A stretch of DNA of 64,000 bases from Bacteroidia bacterium (GCA_019695235.1 JAIBAI010000008.1:2607-66606), one strand, 5' to 3'; counted from the first letter of the stretch, positions 28,752-39,723 are shown. Numbers and translations: made by a program. Notes: generated by a model not told the origin, from the letters alone.

Positions 28752-28911
28752 GATAAATATTTTGGGGTTGTTGGGCGCAAACCTACGAAGAAGATTTGAT
28801 GTGCAACCATTCAAATAAATTCTTTTGCTTTCTAATTTAAAACAATGGGTTCGATTGTGGTTTCTCCTTTTGTTTTCTGGAAAAACATTTGTTGTTATCC
28901 ATAAAATCTTG

Positions 28912-30189
28912 CTACTCCGGCATCAGGTCTTTACCGATGTCGCGCCGAAAATACATTCCCTGGTACTGAATTCCTTCAATCGCTTTATAAACTTTTGCTC
29001 TTGCCTGCCGGATGTCTTCGGCAAGGACTGTACAGGCCAACACCCGTCCGCCGCTGGTGAGTACCTTATTCTCTTCACTTTTGGTACCTGCATGGTAAAT
29101 TTCTACTCCTGCTACCTGGTCAAGACCAGCAATGACAAAGCCTTTTTGAAATATTTCCGGATACCCGCCTGAAACACATACCACTGTGAGAGCAGTCAGG
29201 TCATCGGTTTCGATAGTGTGATTCTTCAGCTTGCCGGTTCCTGCTGCATATAATAAATCTACAAGGTCGTTTTTCAAACGTGGAATCACCACCTCGGTTT
29301 CCGGATCACCCATCCGGCAATTGTATTCAATTAAATAGGGTTCATGGTTCACCACCATCAGACCTAAAAAGATAAAACCGTTGTATAAGATCCCTTCTCG
29401 TTGCAGCCCGCGGATAGTAGGCTCAACCATTCTCTCTTTTACAAGCTGTGCAAGTTTTTCATCATAAAAAGGTACCGGAGAAACTGCCCCCATCCCCCCG
29501 GTATTCAAGCCGGTATCTCCCTCGCCTATTCTTTTGTAATCTTTGGCTTCCGGTAAAATAACGTAATCATGCCCATCTGTCAAAACAAACACTGAACATT
29601 CGATACCTTTCAAGAATTCTTCAATTACCACCTCCTGGCCTGCTGTTCCGAACTTCCCACCAAACATCTGCTCTAACTCCGAAACAGCCTCCTCAAAGGT
29701 GTTAGCTATTACTACCCCTTTACCAGCAGCAAGTCCGGACGCCTTTATTACATAAGGTGCGTTTAGCTGTTTCAGAAAGGCAATTGCCTCTTTCGCCTGG
29801 TGTTGTTGAAAGCTCTGATAACGGGCGGTAGGTATCCCATGCCGCTGCATAAATGCTTTTGAAAAGGCTTTACTGCCTTCGAGCATAGCACCTGCACTCC
29901 CTGGTCCGATAATCGCCATTTTCTCAAGACCCGGTATATTTTCAAGAAAATCTCTAATGCCTTTTACCAGCGGCTCCTCAGGGCCTGCCACCAGTAATTC
30001 AACACCCTGGCTCAGGCAAAAGGTACTTATTTGTTCAAAGTCAGTCAAACTTAAAGGCACATTTGTGCCAAACGCAGCCGTACCGGGGTTTCCCGGGGCA
30101 ATAAACAACTTGCTGCAATGTTTACTTTCTGACAATGATTTTGCCAATGCATTCTCGCGTGCTCCTGAACCGAGTAATAAGATATTCAT
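28912..30189 (-). CDS. purD: Phosphoribosylamine--glycine ligase
   Basis: [20 protein letters not shown]-terminus, then ATP-grasp region. ATG at 30189. Confidence 0.9.
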   Translation of the reverse strand: MNILLLGSGARENALAKSLSESKHCSKLFIAPGNPGTAAFGTNVPLSLTDFEQISTFCLSQGVELLVAGPEEPLVKGIRDFLENIPGLEKMAIIGPGSAGAMLEGSKAFSKAFMQRHGIPTARYQSFQQHQAKEAIAFLKQLNAPYVIKASGLAAGKGVVIANTFEEAVSELEQMFGGKFGTAGQEVVIEEFLKGIECSVFVLTDGHDYVILPEAKDYKRIGEGDTGLNTGGMGAVSPVPFYDEKLAQLVKERMVEPTIRGLQREGILYNGFIFLGLMVVNHEPYLIEYNCRMGDPETEVVIPRLKNDLVDLLYAAGTGKLKNHTIETDDLTALTVVCVSGGYPEIFQKGFVIAGLDQVAGVEIYHAGTKSEENKVLTSGGRVLACTVLAEDIRQARAKVYKAIEGIQYQGMYFRRDIGKDLMPE

Positions 30190-30310
30190 TTGGCAAACAT
30201 CCTGATTTTTTAGCCCTGACATATAATTATTGGCTAAAAAACTGAAAGCATGTTTATATCTCATTCATTATCCGGCATTTGCATATAATTAACACAAATT
30301 CAACACTTAG

Positions 30311-31540
30311 ATGTTTCCATTAGTAATTTTTCTACTTTTGCACCGCGATAAACAGCCCCTGTTCATGACAGCCGAAGCAAGGAAATTCTCTCTTAAACAC
30401 CTGATACCCTTACTATTTTGTCTGTTTAGCCTGCAATTGGCTGCACAGGATGAACATGCATCACATGCTGCAAGTCAGGCCACAGATAGCACTGCGGCTG
30501 CCCATACAAGCGATGCGCATGCTGCTGATTCTCATTCTGCAGCATTTGACCCGGGTAAAATGATTGTTGACCACATCACCGATACCCACGACTGGCATCT
30601 TTGGGGGCATACCCATGTTCCACTACCTGTTATTCTCTATACCCCTTCCGGCTTTGAGTGTTTTTCATCCGGTGTATTTAAAAATCACGAAACACATGCT
30701 TCACAGGCCCATACAGGCAAGCATCATACCTATGTGCTTGAAGATGAGAAAATTCTGGTGCTTGGTGTAAACGGTGAAGTTGATCCTACCCTGAGTGCTT
30801 CTATTATTGACGTTTCGATTACAAAAAATGTTCTAACTATTTTTATCGTTAGTGCCATCATGTTATTGGTATTCTTATCGGTAGCAAGGGCATATACACG
30901 CAAGCCCGGTCAGGCTCCCAAAGGACTTCAGAGTTTCATGGAGCCCCTGATAATCTTTGTGCGTGACGATATTGCAAAACCCAGTATCGGCCCGAAGTAT
31001 GAAAAATTCATGCCTTACCTGCTGACTGTTTTCTTCTTTATATGGATTGCCAACTTATTAGGTCTTGTACCTGTTATCCCTGGTGGCGCCAACATGACTG
31101 GTAACATCGCAGTAACTTTTTCACTTGCTGTATTAACTTTTATTATTACAACAGTAAATGGTAACGGGCATTACTGGCGACATATTCTTGCAATGCCCGG
31201 TGTGCCTGTTTGGGCATTGGTATTGCTTTCACCCATTGAGGTGCTGGGGATGTTTCTTCGTCCTTTCGTACTGATGATCCGATTGTTTGCCAACATTTCA
31301 GCCGGGCACATCATTGCCCTGGCATTTTTCAGCCTTATCTTTATCTTCGGCGATGGTGGAAAAAGTGTTGGTGGTGGTCTGGGCGTTGGTGTTGCTTCCT
31401 GGCTCTTTACAACTTTCATGATGTGTCTTGAATTGCTGATTGCATTTTTGCAAGCTTACGTGTTCACGCTGCTCTCGGCAATATATTTTGGCTCGGCTGT
31501 TGAAGACCATCATCATGAAGCACACGCCTCTCACAGCTAA
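30311..31540 (+). CDS. atpB: F0F1 ATP synthase subunit a with a His-rich N-terminal extension and a His-rich C-terminus
   Basis: Conserved a-subunit C-terminal helices (LRPFVLMIRLFANISAGHI...LQAYVFTLLSAIYF). About 150-aa His-rich extension after a signal-like segment. Tail EDHHHEAHASHS. Alternative start at 30365. Confidence 0.85.
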   Translation: MFPLVIFLLLHRDKQPLFMTAEARKFSLKHLIPLLFCLFSLQLAAQDEHASHAASQATDSTAAAHTSDAHAADSHSAAFDPGKMIVDHITDTHDWHLWGHTHVPLPVILYTPSGFECFSSGVFKNHETHASQAHTGKHHTYVLEDEKILVLGVNGEVDPTLSASIIDVSITKNVLTIFIVSAIMLLVFLSVARAYTRKPGQAPKGLQSFMEPLIIFVRDDIAKPSIGPKYEKFMPYLLTVFFFIWIANLLGLVPVIPGGANMTGNIAVTFSLAVLTFIITTVNGNGHYWRHILAMPGVPVWALVLLSPIEVLGMFLRPFVLMIRLFANISAGHIIALAFFSLIFIFGDGGKSVGGGLGVGVASWLFTTFMMCLELLIAFLQAYVFTLLSAIYFGSAVEDHHHEAHASHS

Positions 31541-31562
31541 TTTTAAATGAATTTTTGTTTAA

Positions 31563-31826
<264 letters not shown>

Positions 31827-31909
31827 TCGCCAATTTGAACGATCTGCCGGTTATGCGGTTGGCCTAACTGGCAGATCTTTTTTAAGCAAGAAAAACGTAA
31901 AACAAAAAC

Positions 31910-32404
31910 ATGAAACTCGTTACCCCTGACATAGGTCTGATAATCTGGATGAGCTTAACCTTTCTTACGGTGCTCTTCCTGCTCAGCAAATTCGCATGGA
32001 AACCGATTCTTAAAATGATTCGTGAACGCGAAAAGTCTATTGAAGATGCCCTTGGTGCCGCCGAACAGGCCAAAGTGGAAATGAAAAAATTGTATGCCGG
32101 AAACGAGCAGTTGCTGCGCGAAGCCATGAATGAGCGTGATCAGATCCTGAAAATCGCACGTGAAACAAAAGAGCAAATTGTAGCTGAAGCCCGCCAGAAA
32201 GCAGCGGAAGAAGCTGAACGCATCGTTGCATCAGCCCGTGAAACTATCCGGCACGAAAAAATGGCTGCCGTTATTGACCTGAAAAATCAGGTGGCCAGCC
32301 TTTCGTTAGAAGTCGCAGAAAAACTGGTACGACAGCAACTTTCTTCTGACGATAAGCAAAAAGAACTTGCCGCGAAACTGGTTGCAGATGCCAAACTGAA
32401 TTAA
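31910..32404 (+). CDS. atpF: ATP synthase subunit b
   Basis: Single N-terminal TM then a long charged helix, between atpE and atpH. Confidence 0.8.
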   Translation: MKLVTPDIGLIIWMSLTFLTVLFLLSKFAWKPILKMIREREKSIEDALGAAEQAKVEMKKLYAGNEQLLREAMNERDQILKIARETKEQIVAEARQKAAEEAERIVASARETIRHEKMAAVIDLKNQVASLSLEVAEKLVRQQLSSDDKQKELAAKLVADAKLN

Positions 32405-32410
32405 TCAGCC

Positions 32411-32968
32411 ATGCACGATACCCGCTCTGCCATAAGATATGCCCGCTCACTCTTCCTGCTTGCGCTTGAAAGAAGTGAAATTGAAGTGGTTTTCGCTGAT
32501 ATGACCCTTATTGGTAATACCATACGCGAAAACAAAGAGCTTGACAACCTGCTTAAAAGCCCTATTATCAAAGCCGACCGGAAGATAAGCATCCTCAATG
32601 CTATTTTCAAAGGTAAAATAGGCCAACTCAGCAACGCATTTCTCGAACTACTTGTGAAAAAAAGAAGAGAGATGCATGTGGGTCAAATTGCCCGTAGCTT
32701 TATGCAGTTGTATTTCGAAAACAACGGTATCGAAGAGGCACAGCTCATTACTGCTTTCCCCGTGGATGAAGAGTTCAGACAAACCATCATCGCATTGGTT
32801 GCAAAACAAACACATCAAAAAGTTGAATTGCAGGAGACTATTGATAACACTGTAATTGGTGGCTTTGTACTTCGTTTTGGTAACAAGCAGATTGATGCCA
32901 GCATAAGTACCGAAATGGCTGAACTTCGCCGCGAATTCGAACAAAACCTTTATATTAAAGACTATTGA
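32411..32968 (+). CDS. atpH: ATP synthase subunit delta
   Basis: 185-aa OSCP-like protein. Position lies between atpF and atpA. Confidence 0.75.
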   Translation: MHDTRSAIRYARSLFLLALERSEIEVVFADMTLIGNTIRENKELDNLLKSPIIKADRKISILNAIFKGKIGQLSNAFLELLVKKRREMHVGQIARSFMQLYFENNGIEEAQLITAFPVDEEFRQTIIALVAKQTHQKVELQETIDNTVIGGFVLRFGNKQIDASISTEMAELRREFEQNLYIKDY

Positions 32969-32992
32969 TTACCCCAATCAAACTGAAACGAA

Positions 32993-34573
32993 ATGGCTGA
33001 AATCAAACCTGCAGAAGTTTCTGCGATCCTTAAACAACAACTATCCGGCTTTACCACAGAAGCACAACTTGAAGAAGTAGGTACCGTATTACAGGTGGGC
33101 GATGGTATTGCCCGTATTTACGGACTGAATCACGTACAATCAGGTGAGCTTATTGAGTTCTCCAATGGACTTCAGGGCATCGTGCTAAACCTTGAAGAAG
33201 ATAATGTGGGTGCTGTATTACTTGGCTCTTCCAGTGGCATCCGTGAAGGTGATATCGCAAAGCGTACCCGTCGTATTGCCTCTTTGAAAGTGGGCGAAGG
33301 AATGCTTGGCCGTGTAGTTGATACCACCGGTACCCCTATTGATGGGAAAGGGCCTATTGCAGGTGAAACTTTTGAAATGCCCTTTGAAAGAAAAGCTCCG
33401 GGGGTAATTTACCGCCAGCCTGTTAACGAGCCGCTGCAAACGGGTATCAAAGCAATTGATGCGATGATTCCTATTGGGCGTGGGCAAAGGGAGTTGGTAA
33501 TTGGTGACCGCCAGACTGGAAAAACAGCTGTTTGTATTGACACCATCATCAATCAGAAAGAATTCTATGATGCAGGAAACCCTGTTTACTGTATCTATGT
33601 TGCTATCGGACAAAAAGGTTCTACGGTAGCCAATATTGTTAAAACCCTCGAGGAGAACGGTGCAATGGCATATACAGTTGTTGTTTCGGCAACAGCTTCT
33701 GACCCTGCCCCTATGCAGTTCTACGCTCCATTCTCAGGTGCTGCAATCGGTGAATACTTCCGTGATACTGGTAGGCCGGCACTGATTATCTATGATGACC
33801 TTTCTAAGCAAGCCGTTGCTTACCGTGAGGTGTCGCTTTTGCTGCGTCGTCCACCCGGACGTGAGGCATACCCTGGTGACGTATTTTACCTGCACAGCCG
33901 TTTGCTTGAAAGAGCCGCTAAAATCAATGCCTCTGATGACATTGCAAAGCAAATGAACGATTTGCCTACTTCACTACAAGGCAAAGTGAAAGGGGGAGGC
34001 TCGCTTACCGCATTGCCAATCATCGAAACCCAGGCAGGTGACGTATCTGCTTATATCCCAACCAACGTAATTTCGATTACCGATGGTCAGATTTTCCTTG
34101 AGTCGAATCTGTTCAACGCAGGGGTGCGCCCGGCGATTAACGTAGGTATCTCCGTATCAAGGGTTGGTGGTAACGCACAGATTAAATCAATGAAGAAGGT
34201 GGCCGGAACCCTGAAACTCGATCAGGCCCAGTACCGTGAATTGGAAGCCTTTGCGAAGTTTGGTTCAGATTTGGATGCTGCTACCAAAAACGTACTCGAC
34301 AAAGGGGTGCGTAACGTGGAAATCTTAAAACAACCACAGTACACACCATTTAAAGTTCAGGACCAGATTGCCATTATTTATGCTGGTGTAAAAGGTCTTC
34401 TTCGTCAGGTGCCGGTAAATAAGGTGAAAGAGTTTGAACACGATTACCTGGCTATGCTGAATACACAACACTCGCAGGTAATGAACGACCTGAAAGCAGG
34501 TAAATTTACCGACGAAATCACTGAAGTACTTGAAAAAGTGGCTCGTGAACTGTCAAAAAGATATAACGCCTGA
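32993..34573 (+). CDS. atpA: ATP synthase subunit alpha
   Basis: P-loop [10 protein letters not shown]; highly conserved alpha-subunit sequence. Confidence 0.95.
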   Translation: MAEIKPAEVSAILKQQLSGFTTEAQLEEVGTVLQVGDGIARIYGLNHVQSGELIEFSNGLQGIVLNLEEDNVGAVLLGSSSGIREGDIAKRTRRIASLKVGEGMLGRVVDTTGTPIDGKGPIAGETFEMPFERKAPGVIYRQPVNEPLQTGIKAIDAMIPIGRGQRELVIGDRQTGKTAVCIDTIINQKEFYDAGNPVYCIYVAIGQKGSTVANIVKTLEENGAMAYTVVVSATASDPAPMQFYAPFSGAAIGEYFRDTGRPALIIYDDLSKQAVAYREVSLLLRRPPGREAYPGDVFYLHSRLLERAAKINASDDIAKQMNDLPTSLQGKVKGGGSLTALPIIETQAGDVSAYIPTNVISITDGQIFLESNLFNAGVRPAINVGISVSRVGGNAQIKSMKKVAGTLKLDQAQYRELEAFAKFGSDLDAATKNVLDKGVRNVEILKQPQYTPFKVQDQIAIIYAGVKGLLRQVPVNKVKEFEHDYLAMLNTQHSQVMNDLKAGKFTDEITEVLEKVARELSKRYNA

Positions 34574-34594
34574 TAAACCCTCTTTTTTCTCCCA

Positions 34595-35482
34595 ATGGCC
34601 AGTCTGAAGGAAGTTAGAAACCGTATTACCTCTGTAAGCTCAACACAGCAGATTACAAATGCCATGAAAATGGTGTCTGCCGCTAAATTGCGCAGGGCAC
34701 AAGACGCCATTCTTCGGTTAAGGCCTTATGCTGAAAAATTGCAGGAGATTCTGGGCAACCTGAGCACCAGTGCCGAAAATGCTGAAAGTGGAGTATATAC
34801 TGCCCAAAGAGAACCTAAGAAAGTTCTGATGGTGGTTATATCTTCAAACAGAGGTCTTGCAGGGGCTTTCAACGCCAACGTAATGAAAGAAGCCCGGAAA
34901 ATAGTCAACACACGTTATGCCAGCCAATTGGCCGAAGGCAATGTGTCATGGATGTCAATTGGAAAGAAGTCGGGTGATATCATCACAAAAAGTCAGTTCA
35001 ATTTGCTAAGCAGCCACAATGAACTTTTTGATGGCTTAAGCTTTGAGAAGGTATCCCTGCTGGCCCAACGCATCATGGATGGCTTTGTTGCCAAGGAGTT
35101 TGACCGGGTCGAAATTGTGTATAACCGCTTTAAGAATGCAGCGGTACAAATACTTACTACTGAGCAATTCTTACCGGTTCCACCTCCTGTTGCATCAAGT
35201 GAAGGTACAAAATCACAAAGTTTCGACTATATCTTCGAACCAGACCAGCAAACGATTGTAGAAGAATTGATTCCCAAATCACTCAAAACACAATTGTACA
35301 AAGCAATTTTAGATTCTTTTGCTGCTGAACATGGTGCCCGTATGACTGCCATGAACAAAGCAACCGACAATGCCCGTGAGTTACTCAAAGAACTTCGTTT
35401 GACTTACAACAAAGCCCGTCAGGCATCTATTACTAACGAAATCCTCGAGATTGTTGGTGGCGCTGAAGCCTTAAACGGCTAA
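34595..35482 (+). CDS. atpG: ATP synthase subunit gamma
   Basis: MASLKEVRNRITSVSSTQQITNAMKMVSAAKLRRAQ N-terminus. C-terminus ...ITNEILEIVGGAEALNG. Confidence 0.9.
   Translation: MASLKEVRNRITSVSSTQQITNAMKMVSAAKLRRAQDAILRLRPYAEKLQEILGNLSTSAENAESGVYTAQREPKKVLMVVISSNRGLAGAFNANVMKEARKIVNTRYASQLAEGNVSWMSIGKKSGDIITKSQFNLLSSHNELFDGLSFEKVSLLAQRIMDGFVAKEFDRVEIVYNRFKNAAVQILTTEQFLPVPPPVASSEGTKSQSFDYIFEPDQQTIVEELIPKSLKTQLYKAILDSFAAEHGARMTAMNKATDNARELLKELRLTYNKARQASITNEILEIVGGAEALNG
35397..35480. repeat. Left copy of an 84-bp perfect direct repeat (the 3' end of atpG)
   Basis: gtttgacttacaacaaagcccgtcaggcatctattactaacgaaatcctcgagattgttggtggcgctgaagccttaaacggct is identical to 36124..36207. Confidence 0.85.
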
Positions 35483-35510
35483 GGTTCATACGTGATTGCA
35501 GAAAAAAGGT

Positions 35511-35864
35511 TTAAGGCTGTACCCGCCTGACAATTTCAAGACAGCCCTCTTTGCGGTTAGTGTCTGAAATAAAATCTCTGATATCTTGGAAATGGGCTAA
35601 TAATAAAGCTACAATGCTTTTAGTGCCAGTATTTCCGGTTCGCAACCAAATTATCTTAGGTGGGTAACCATATAGTGTCAAAAGGTCGAAGAAATCAGCA
35701 TCAAAAGTTACAATGATACATTGATTTTCTTTTGCAAATTGCCAAATTTGGCTATCAGAAGCAGCAGCAAGGTCAAAGTCTTTAACATGCTTTGCTTCCG
35801 GAAATTTATCTTTTATCTCCTGCAGAACTCTGAAAGAAATATTTTGATCAAGCAATAATTTCAC
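35511..35864 (-). CDS. DUF5615/PIN-like putative toxin
   Basis: 117 aa (MKLLLDQNISFRVLQEIKDKFPEAKHVKDF...). It forms the usual pair with the DUF433 gene and overlaps its stop. GTG start. Confidence 0.5.
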   Translation of the reverse strand: MKLLLDQNISFRVLQEIKDKFPEAKHVKDFDLAAASDSQIWQFAKENQCIIVTFDADFFDLLTLYGYPPKIIWLRTGNTGTKSIVALLLAHFQDIRDFISDTNRKEGCLEIVRRVQP

Positions 35865-36085
35865 AATGCAATTCTAAGCATGTGCTCCCGTTCAGCGGCA
35901 TAGGCCAAAACAGCCTGTATATCTTCAATGGTCAACTCAGGAAAATCTGAAACAATCTCATCACGAGTCATACCCGAAGCCAGCCACCCTAAAATGTCAT
36001 AAACCGTAATTCTCAGGCCACGTACACATGGCCTGCCAAAACGAACCTGAGGGTTAATGGTTATGATTTCTGTATAATGTTTCAT
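35861..36085 (-). CDS. DUF433 domain protein, putative antitoxin
   Basis: DUF433 signature ...RFGRPCVRGLRITVYDILGWLASGMTRDEIVSDFPELTIEDIQAVLAYA. ATG at 36085. Confidence 0.55.
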   Translation of the reverse strand: MKHYTEIITINPQVRFGRPCVRGLRITVYDILGWLASGMTRDEIVSDFPELTIEDIQAVLAYAAEREHMLRIAL

Positions 36086-36123
36086 GCAACTAAGATACAA
36101 AAATTTGCTGCGATTCGCAAGCT

Positions 36124-36207
36124 GTTTGACTTACAACAAAGCCCGTCAGGCATCTATTACTAACGAAATCCTCGAGATTGTTGGTGGCGCTGAAGCCTTA
36201 AACGGCT
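36124..36207. repeat. Right copy of the 84-bp direct repeat, a duplicated atpG 3' fragment
   Basis: Identical to 35397..35480 and followed by TGA rather than TAA. Confidence 0.85.
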
Positions 36208-36226
36208 GATTCTCTATCTTTGGAGA

Positions 36227-37288
36227 ATGAATGTTGATTTTATCCTGGCAGGAAGAGGTCTGGCGGGCTCGGTATTAGCTTTGCAGCTTTTACGAGCGGG
36301 CTACTCGGTGGTTTCGATTGACGACCCTTCGATTTCAAATTGTTCAAGAGTCTCGGCCGGAATGATCAACCCTTTGGGTTTTAGGAAGATTTCGCATTCA
36401 TGGCGCGCTTTAGAAGCACTGGAGATTGCACAAAAGTTTTATCAGCAACTCGAAGAATTTTCAGGAAGAAGGTTTTTTCACCAGACGGGGATGGGACGCA
36501 TCTTCGGCACAGAACACGAAGCCATACACTGGAACAGCTTTGCCTTACAGGATGAATTTTCAGCAGATCTTGGCCTGGCTGGCTCTTTTGAGCCCGGACC
36601 ACATGTAAATGCTCCGTTTGGCGCGGCAATGATTAAAACTGCCGCCTCTGTTGACATGCTTGCTTTTCTTGCTGCTGCACAGGAAGTTCTTGCTCCAAAC
36701 ACCCAACTGGTACAGGATAAGTTTGTTGCCGATGAAGTTGAATTTTCCCATAATGGTGTGATATACCGTGAGTTTACTGCACGTGGCCTGGTACTTTGTG
36801 AAGGTTGGAGAAACACAGAGAACAAATGGTTCGCAGATTTACCACTCCGTCCGGCGAAAGGGGAGATTTTGACCGTGAAAGCCGAAGGATTGCCAGACAT
36901 TCCCTTCAGCGGAGGTGTCTTTGTGTTGCCTGCCGGTAACAACGTATATAAAATTGGTTCAACCTACGAATGGGGGCAAAAGGATGAAATTCCCACCCCG
37001 CACCAAAGAGCTGACCTCGAGAAACGCCTGGCCCACCTGATACGCATACCATTTGAGGTAGTATCGCAGGAAGCCGGTATCCGCCCCACGGTAAGTGATC
37101 GCCGCCCTCTGGTTGGACGCCACCCACGCATACCGCAGCTGTATATCTTTAACGGACTCGGCACCCGTGGTACCATGCTCGCCCCAATGCTCGCAAGCCA
37201 AATGGTTGAATTTATGGGTAACAACACCCCCGTATCTTCCGAGTGTTCGATTGGCAGATTCAAGCAACACCATGAAACGGTGGGCTAA
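36227..37288 (+). CDS. FAD-dependent oxidoreductase (DAO family)
   Basis: N-terminal dinucleotide-binding motif DFILAGRGLAGSVLALQL. Confidence 0.7.
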   Translation: MNVDFILAGRGLAGSVLALQLLRAGYSVVSIDDPSISNCSRVSAGMINPLGFRKISHSWRALEALEIAQKFYQQLEEFSGRRFFHQTGMGRIFGTEHEAIHWNSFALQDEFSADLGLAGSFEPGPHVNAPFGAAMIKTAASVDMLAFLAAAQEVLAPNTQLVQDKFVADEVEFSHNGVIYREFTARGLVLCEGWRNTENKWFADLPLRPAKGEILTVKAEGLPDIPFSGGVFVLPAGNNVYKIGSTYEWGQKDEIPTPHQRADLEKRLAHLIRIPFEVVSQEAGIRPTVSDRRPLVGRHPRIPQLYIFNGLGTRGTMLAPMLASQMVEFMGNNTPVSSECSIGRFKQHHETVG

Positions 37289-38405
37289 GCCGAAAAACGT
37301 TGCAATCGAACGTACCTGGTTCGAGAATTTAGATGCTACCCGTTTCTTTGGGTTTTTTCATGTTTTTCTGGCACATTGTTTCTTTAGCAATTCGCCGGTT
37401 ATTCGTGATACTGGTACTTTTCAGTTTTTAAACGCTCACCTTAAATCCGGCTTTTTAGGTCTTGACTATTTCTTTGTTCTGTCGGCCTTTCTACTCACCT
37501 GGCTTGGGTTAGAAGAAATAAAAAATACAGGAGCATTTCATCCTTTAAAATTTATCATTAGAAGAGGTTTGCGGCTATGGCCACTTTATTTTCTGCTTGT
37601 AGGGGCTGTGTATATTGTTGCTGTATTTGTGCCTGATATTTCTTCTTTGCCCCCTTTACAAGTGTTTCTCCTCTTTTACGCCAACATCTGGATGGCTGAA
37701 CAGGGGCAAAATTTTCTATTTATTTTGGTTTTCTTCTGGTCTATTTCAGCAGAAGAACAATTTTACCTGCTGTGGGCACTGGTCTTGAAATGGCTTCCGA
37801 AAGCCTTGCCCTGGCTGTGCCTGCTGATGATGGTAGGTTCAATTCTATTCAGATACCAGTACGTGCACGAAAACAATACCCTTTCATTCCACACACTGAG
37901 TATCCTTGGCAATTTTGGCACCGGAGGACTTGCCGCCTGGCTGACTTTTAACTTTGAAACCATCAGAAATTGGCTGCGTAATCTTAGTCGCCTGTTTATT
38001 GCATTGCTTTATAGCACCCTTATTTTTCTTACGGTGTTTTATTTCTGGCTCTTTTCAGGGGTTCAGGGCACAGTGATTGAAAAACAGGTGTTTGCCTTGC
38101 TCTTTGCTTTTATTATCCTTGAACAATGTTTTTCAGCGCGCTCTTTTATCAAATTCGGGCAATTCAGCATTTTCAATTATCTGGGTAGAATTTCTCTGGG
38201 CTTGTATTGCTATCACGGGCTTGTGCTGACCTTTGCAACAAAGTATCTTGCGCAAAACAACGCATTTCGGGTGTTTCTGCTCAATCCTTTGATTATTCTG
38301 GCGCTTACGCTGCTGCTTTCAATTCTCAGCTACGAATTATTTGAGAAACGGGTACACGGATTGCGCAGGTTTTTCTACCCAAAAATAAATTTAACAAAGC
38401 ACTGA
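37272..38405 (+). CDS. Acyltransferase family 3 membrane protein (O-acyltransferase)
   Basis: MKRWAKP...RFFGFFHVFLAHCF plus multiple TM helices, which is the acyltransferase_3 pattern. Overlaps the upstream gene by 17 nt. Confidence 0.65.
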   Translation: MKRWAKPKNVAIERTWFENLDATRFFGFFHVFLAHCFFSNSPVIRDTGTFQFLNAHLKSGFLGLDYFFVLSAFLLTWLGLEEIKNTGAFHPLKFIIRRGLRLWPLYFLLVGAVYIVAVFVPDISSLPPLQVFLLFYANIWMAEQGQNFLFILVFFWSISAEEQFYLLWALVLKWLPKALPWLCLLMMVGSILFRYQYVHENNTLSFHTLSILGNFGTGGLAAWLTFNFETIRNWLRNLSRLFIALLYSTLIFLTVFYFWLFSGVQGTVIEKQVFALLFAFIILEQCFSARSFIKFGQFSIFNYLGRISLGLYCYHGLVLTFATKYLAQNNAFRVFLLNPLIILALTLLLSILSYELFEKRVHGLRRFFYPKINLTKH

Positions 38406-38568
38406 TTCACCACTTTCGCGCTTATTAAACCCAGGCTTTACAAATAAATCTCAGGTCAAAACATGGTCTTTATTTTCAAATTACCCATAATAAACCGCTT
38501 AATGTGTAGTTTTGTATTTCGTCCTTTTCTGTTTTGCCGGATAAGGATTGGGTATTAACTTAGGAGAG

Positions 38569-39723
38569 ATGGCTTGTAATGGATGTTCTTCCGGAAGGGG
38601 TGGCATGCCCGCCGGATGCAATAATAACGGGAGTTGTGGAAGTGGAGATTGTGGCTCTAAGCTTGCAGTTTTCGACTGGCTTGCCGGCATGGCTTTGCCT
38701 GATGGTATGGCTCCGTTTGATATTATAGAGGTGCGTTTTAAAAACAGCCGGAAGGAGTTTTTCAAAACAAACGGCATTGCCGGGCTTGTAGTGGGCGATG
38801 CAGTAGTTGTTGAGGCAGCAAGTGGCCACGATTTAGGCATGGTCAGCCTGTCGGGTGAGCTGGTAAAATTACAGTTAAAAAAACTGGGTATCGCCCTTGA
38901 TGAGGTGGTACGCAAAACCTACCGCAAAGCAAAACAATCAGATATTGATAAATGGCAAATCGCCGTTGATCGTGAAAATGCAACCATGATGCGTAGCCGT
39001 GCCATTGCCAATGAGCTTAAGCTCGATATGAAAATCTCTGATGTTGAGTTTCAGGGAGATGGAGCACGTGCCATCTTTTACTATACCGCCGACGGACGGG
39101 TTGATTTCCGGGAGCTCATCAAGCATCTTGCCGATGAATTTAAGGTACGCATTGAGATGAAACAAATCGGCGCCCGTCAGGAGAGCAGCCGCCTGGGCGG
39201 TATCGGCACCTGTGGCCGTGAACTGTGTTGCTCTACCTGGCTCCGTGATTTTCGTAAAGTTGGCAACAGTGCCGCCCGCTATCAGCAATTATCACTCAAT
39301 CCTCAAAAGCTTGCCGGGCAATGTGGTAAACTTAAGTGCTGCCTGAACTTTGAGCTGGATGCTTATTTGGATGCTATAAAAGAGTTCCCACCGGCAAACC
39401 ATAAGCTTGAAACAGCACAGGGTATAGCCAGCCCACAGAAAACTGATATTTTCAGAAAACAAATTTTCTACACCTTTGCTGATGACCCCGGGAATTTTAT
39501 TGCGGTACCCTTAAAACGTGTAAAGCATATTTTCGAACTGAATAAAAAAGGTGAAAAAGCTGAAACCCTGCTTACAGCTAAAGAAATTCCGCAAAAAGAG
39601 GTAATGCCTGATTATGAAAACGTGGTGGGGCAAGACAGCCTGACACGTTTCGACCATAAAAAGAAAAAGAAGAAGAAGAAGCCCGCCCATCATGACAAGC
39701 AAAAACCTGCTCAGAAAAAATAA
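38569..39723 (+). CDS. PSP1 domain protein (YaaT/RicT-like) with a Cys-rich N-terminus and a poly-Lys tail
   Basis: MACNGCSSGRGG...CGSGDCGS, then the PSP1 region RFKNSRKEFFKTNG. C-terminus KKKKKKKKPAHH. A ggagag RBS-like element precedes the ATG at 38569. Confidence 0.7.
   Translation: MACNGCSSGRGGMPAGCNNNGSCGSGDCGSKLAVFDWLAGMALPDGMAPFDIIEVRFKNSRKEFFKTNGIAGLVVGDAVVVEAASGHDLGMVSLSGELVKLQLKKLGIALDEVVRKTYRKAKQSDIDKWQIAVDRENATMMRSRAIANELKLDMKISDVEFQGDGARAIFYYTADGRVDFRELIKHLADEFKVRIEMKQIGARQESSRLGGIGTCGRELCCSTWLRDFRKVGNSAARYQQLSLNPQKLAGQCGKLKCCLNFELDAYLDAIKEFPPANHKLETAQGIASPQKTDIFRKQIFYTFADDPGNFIAVPLKRVKHIFELNKKGEKAETLLTAKEIPQKEVMPDYENVVGQDSLTRFDHKKKKKKKKPAHHDKQKPAQKK

Noticed and set aside
36381-37273. 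Multiple antisense ORFs within the FAD oxidoreductase gene (up to 154 aa)
   Set aside because: They overlap a well-supported plus-strand gene and have arginine/proline-rich, biased composition.
39655-39690. (AAG/AAA)n simple repeat
   Set aside because: It encodes the poly-lysine tail of the PSP1 protein. It is a coding low-complexity run, not a microsatellite regulatory element or CRISPR repeat.
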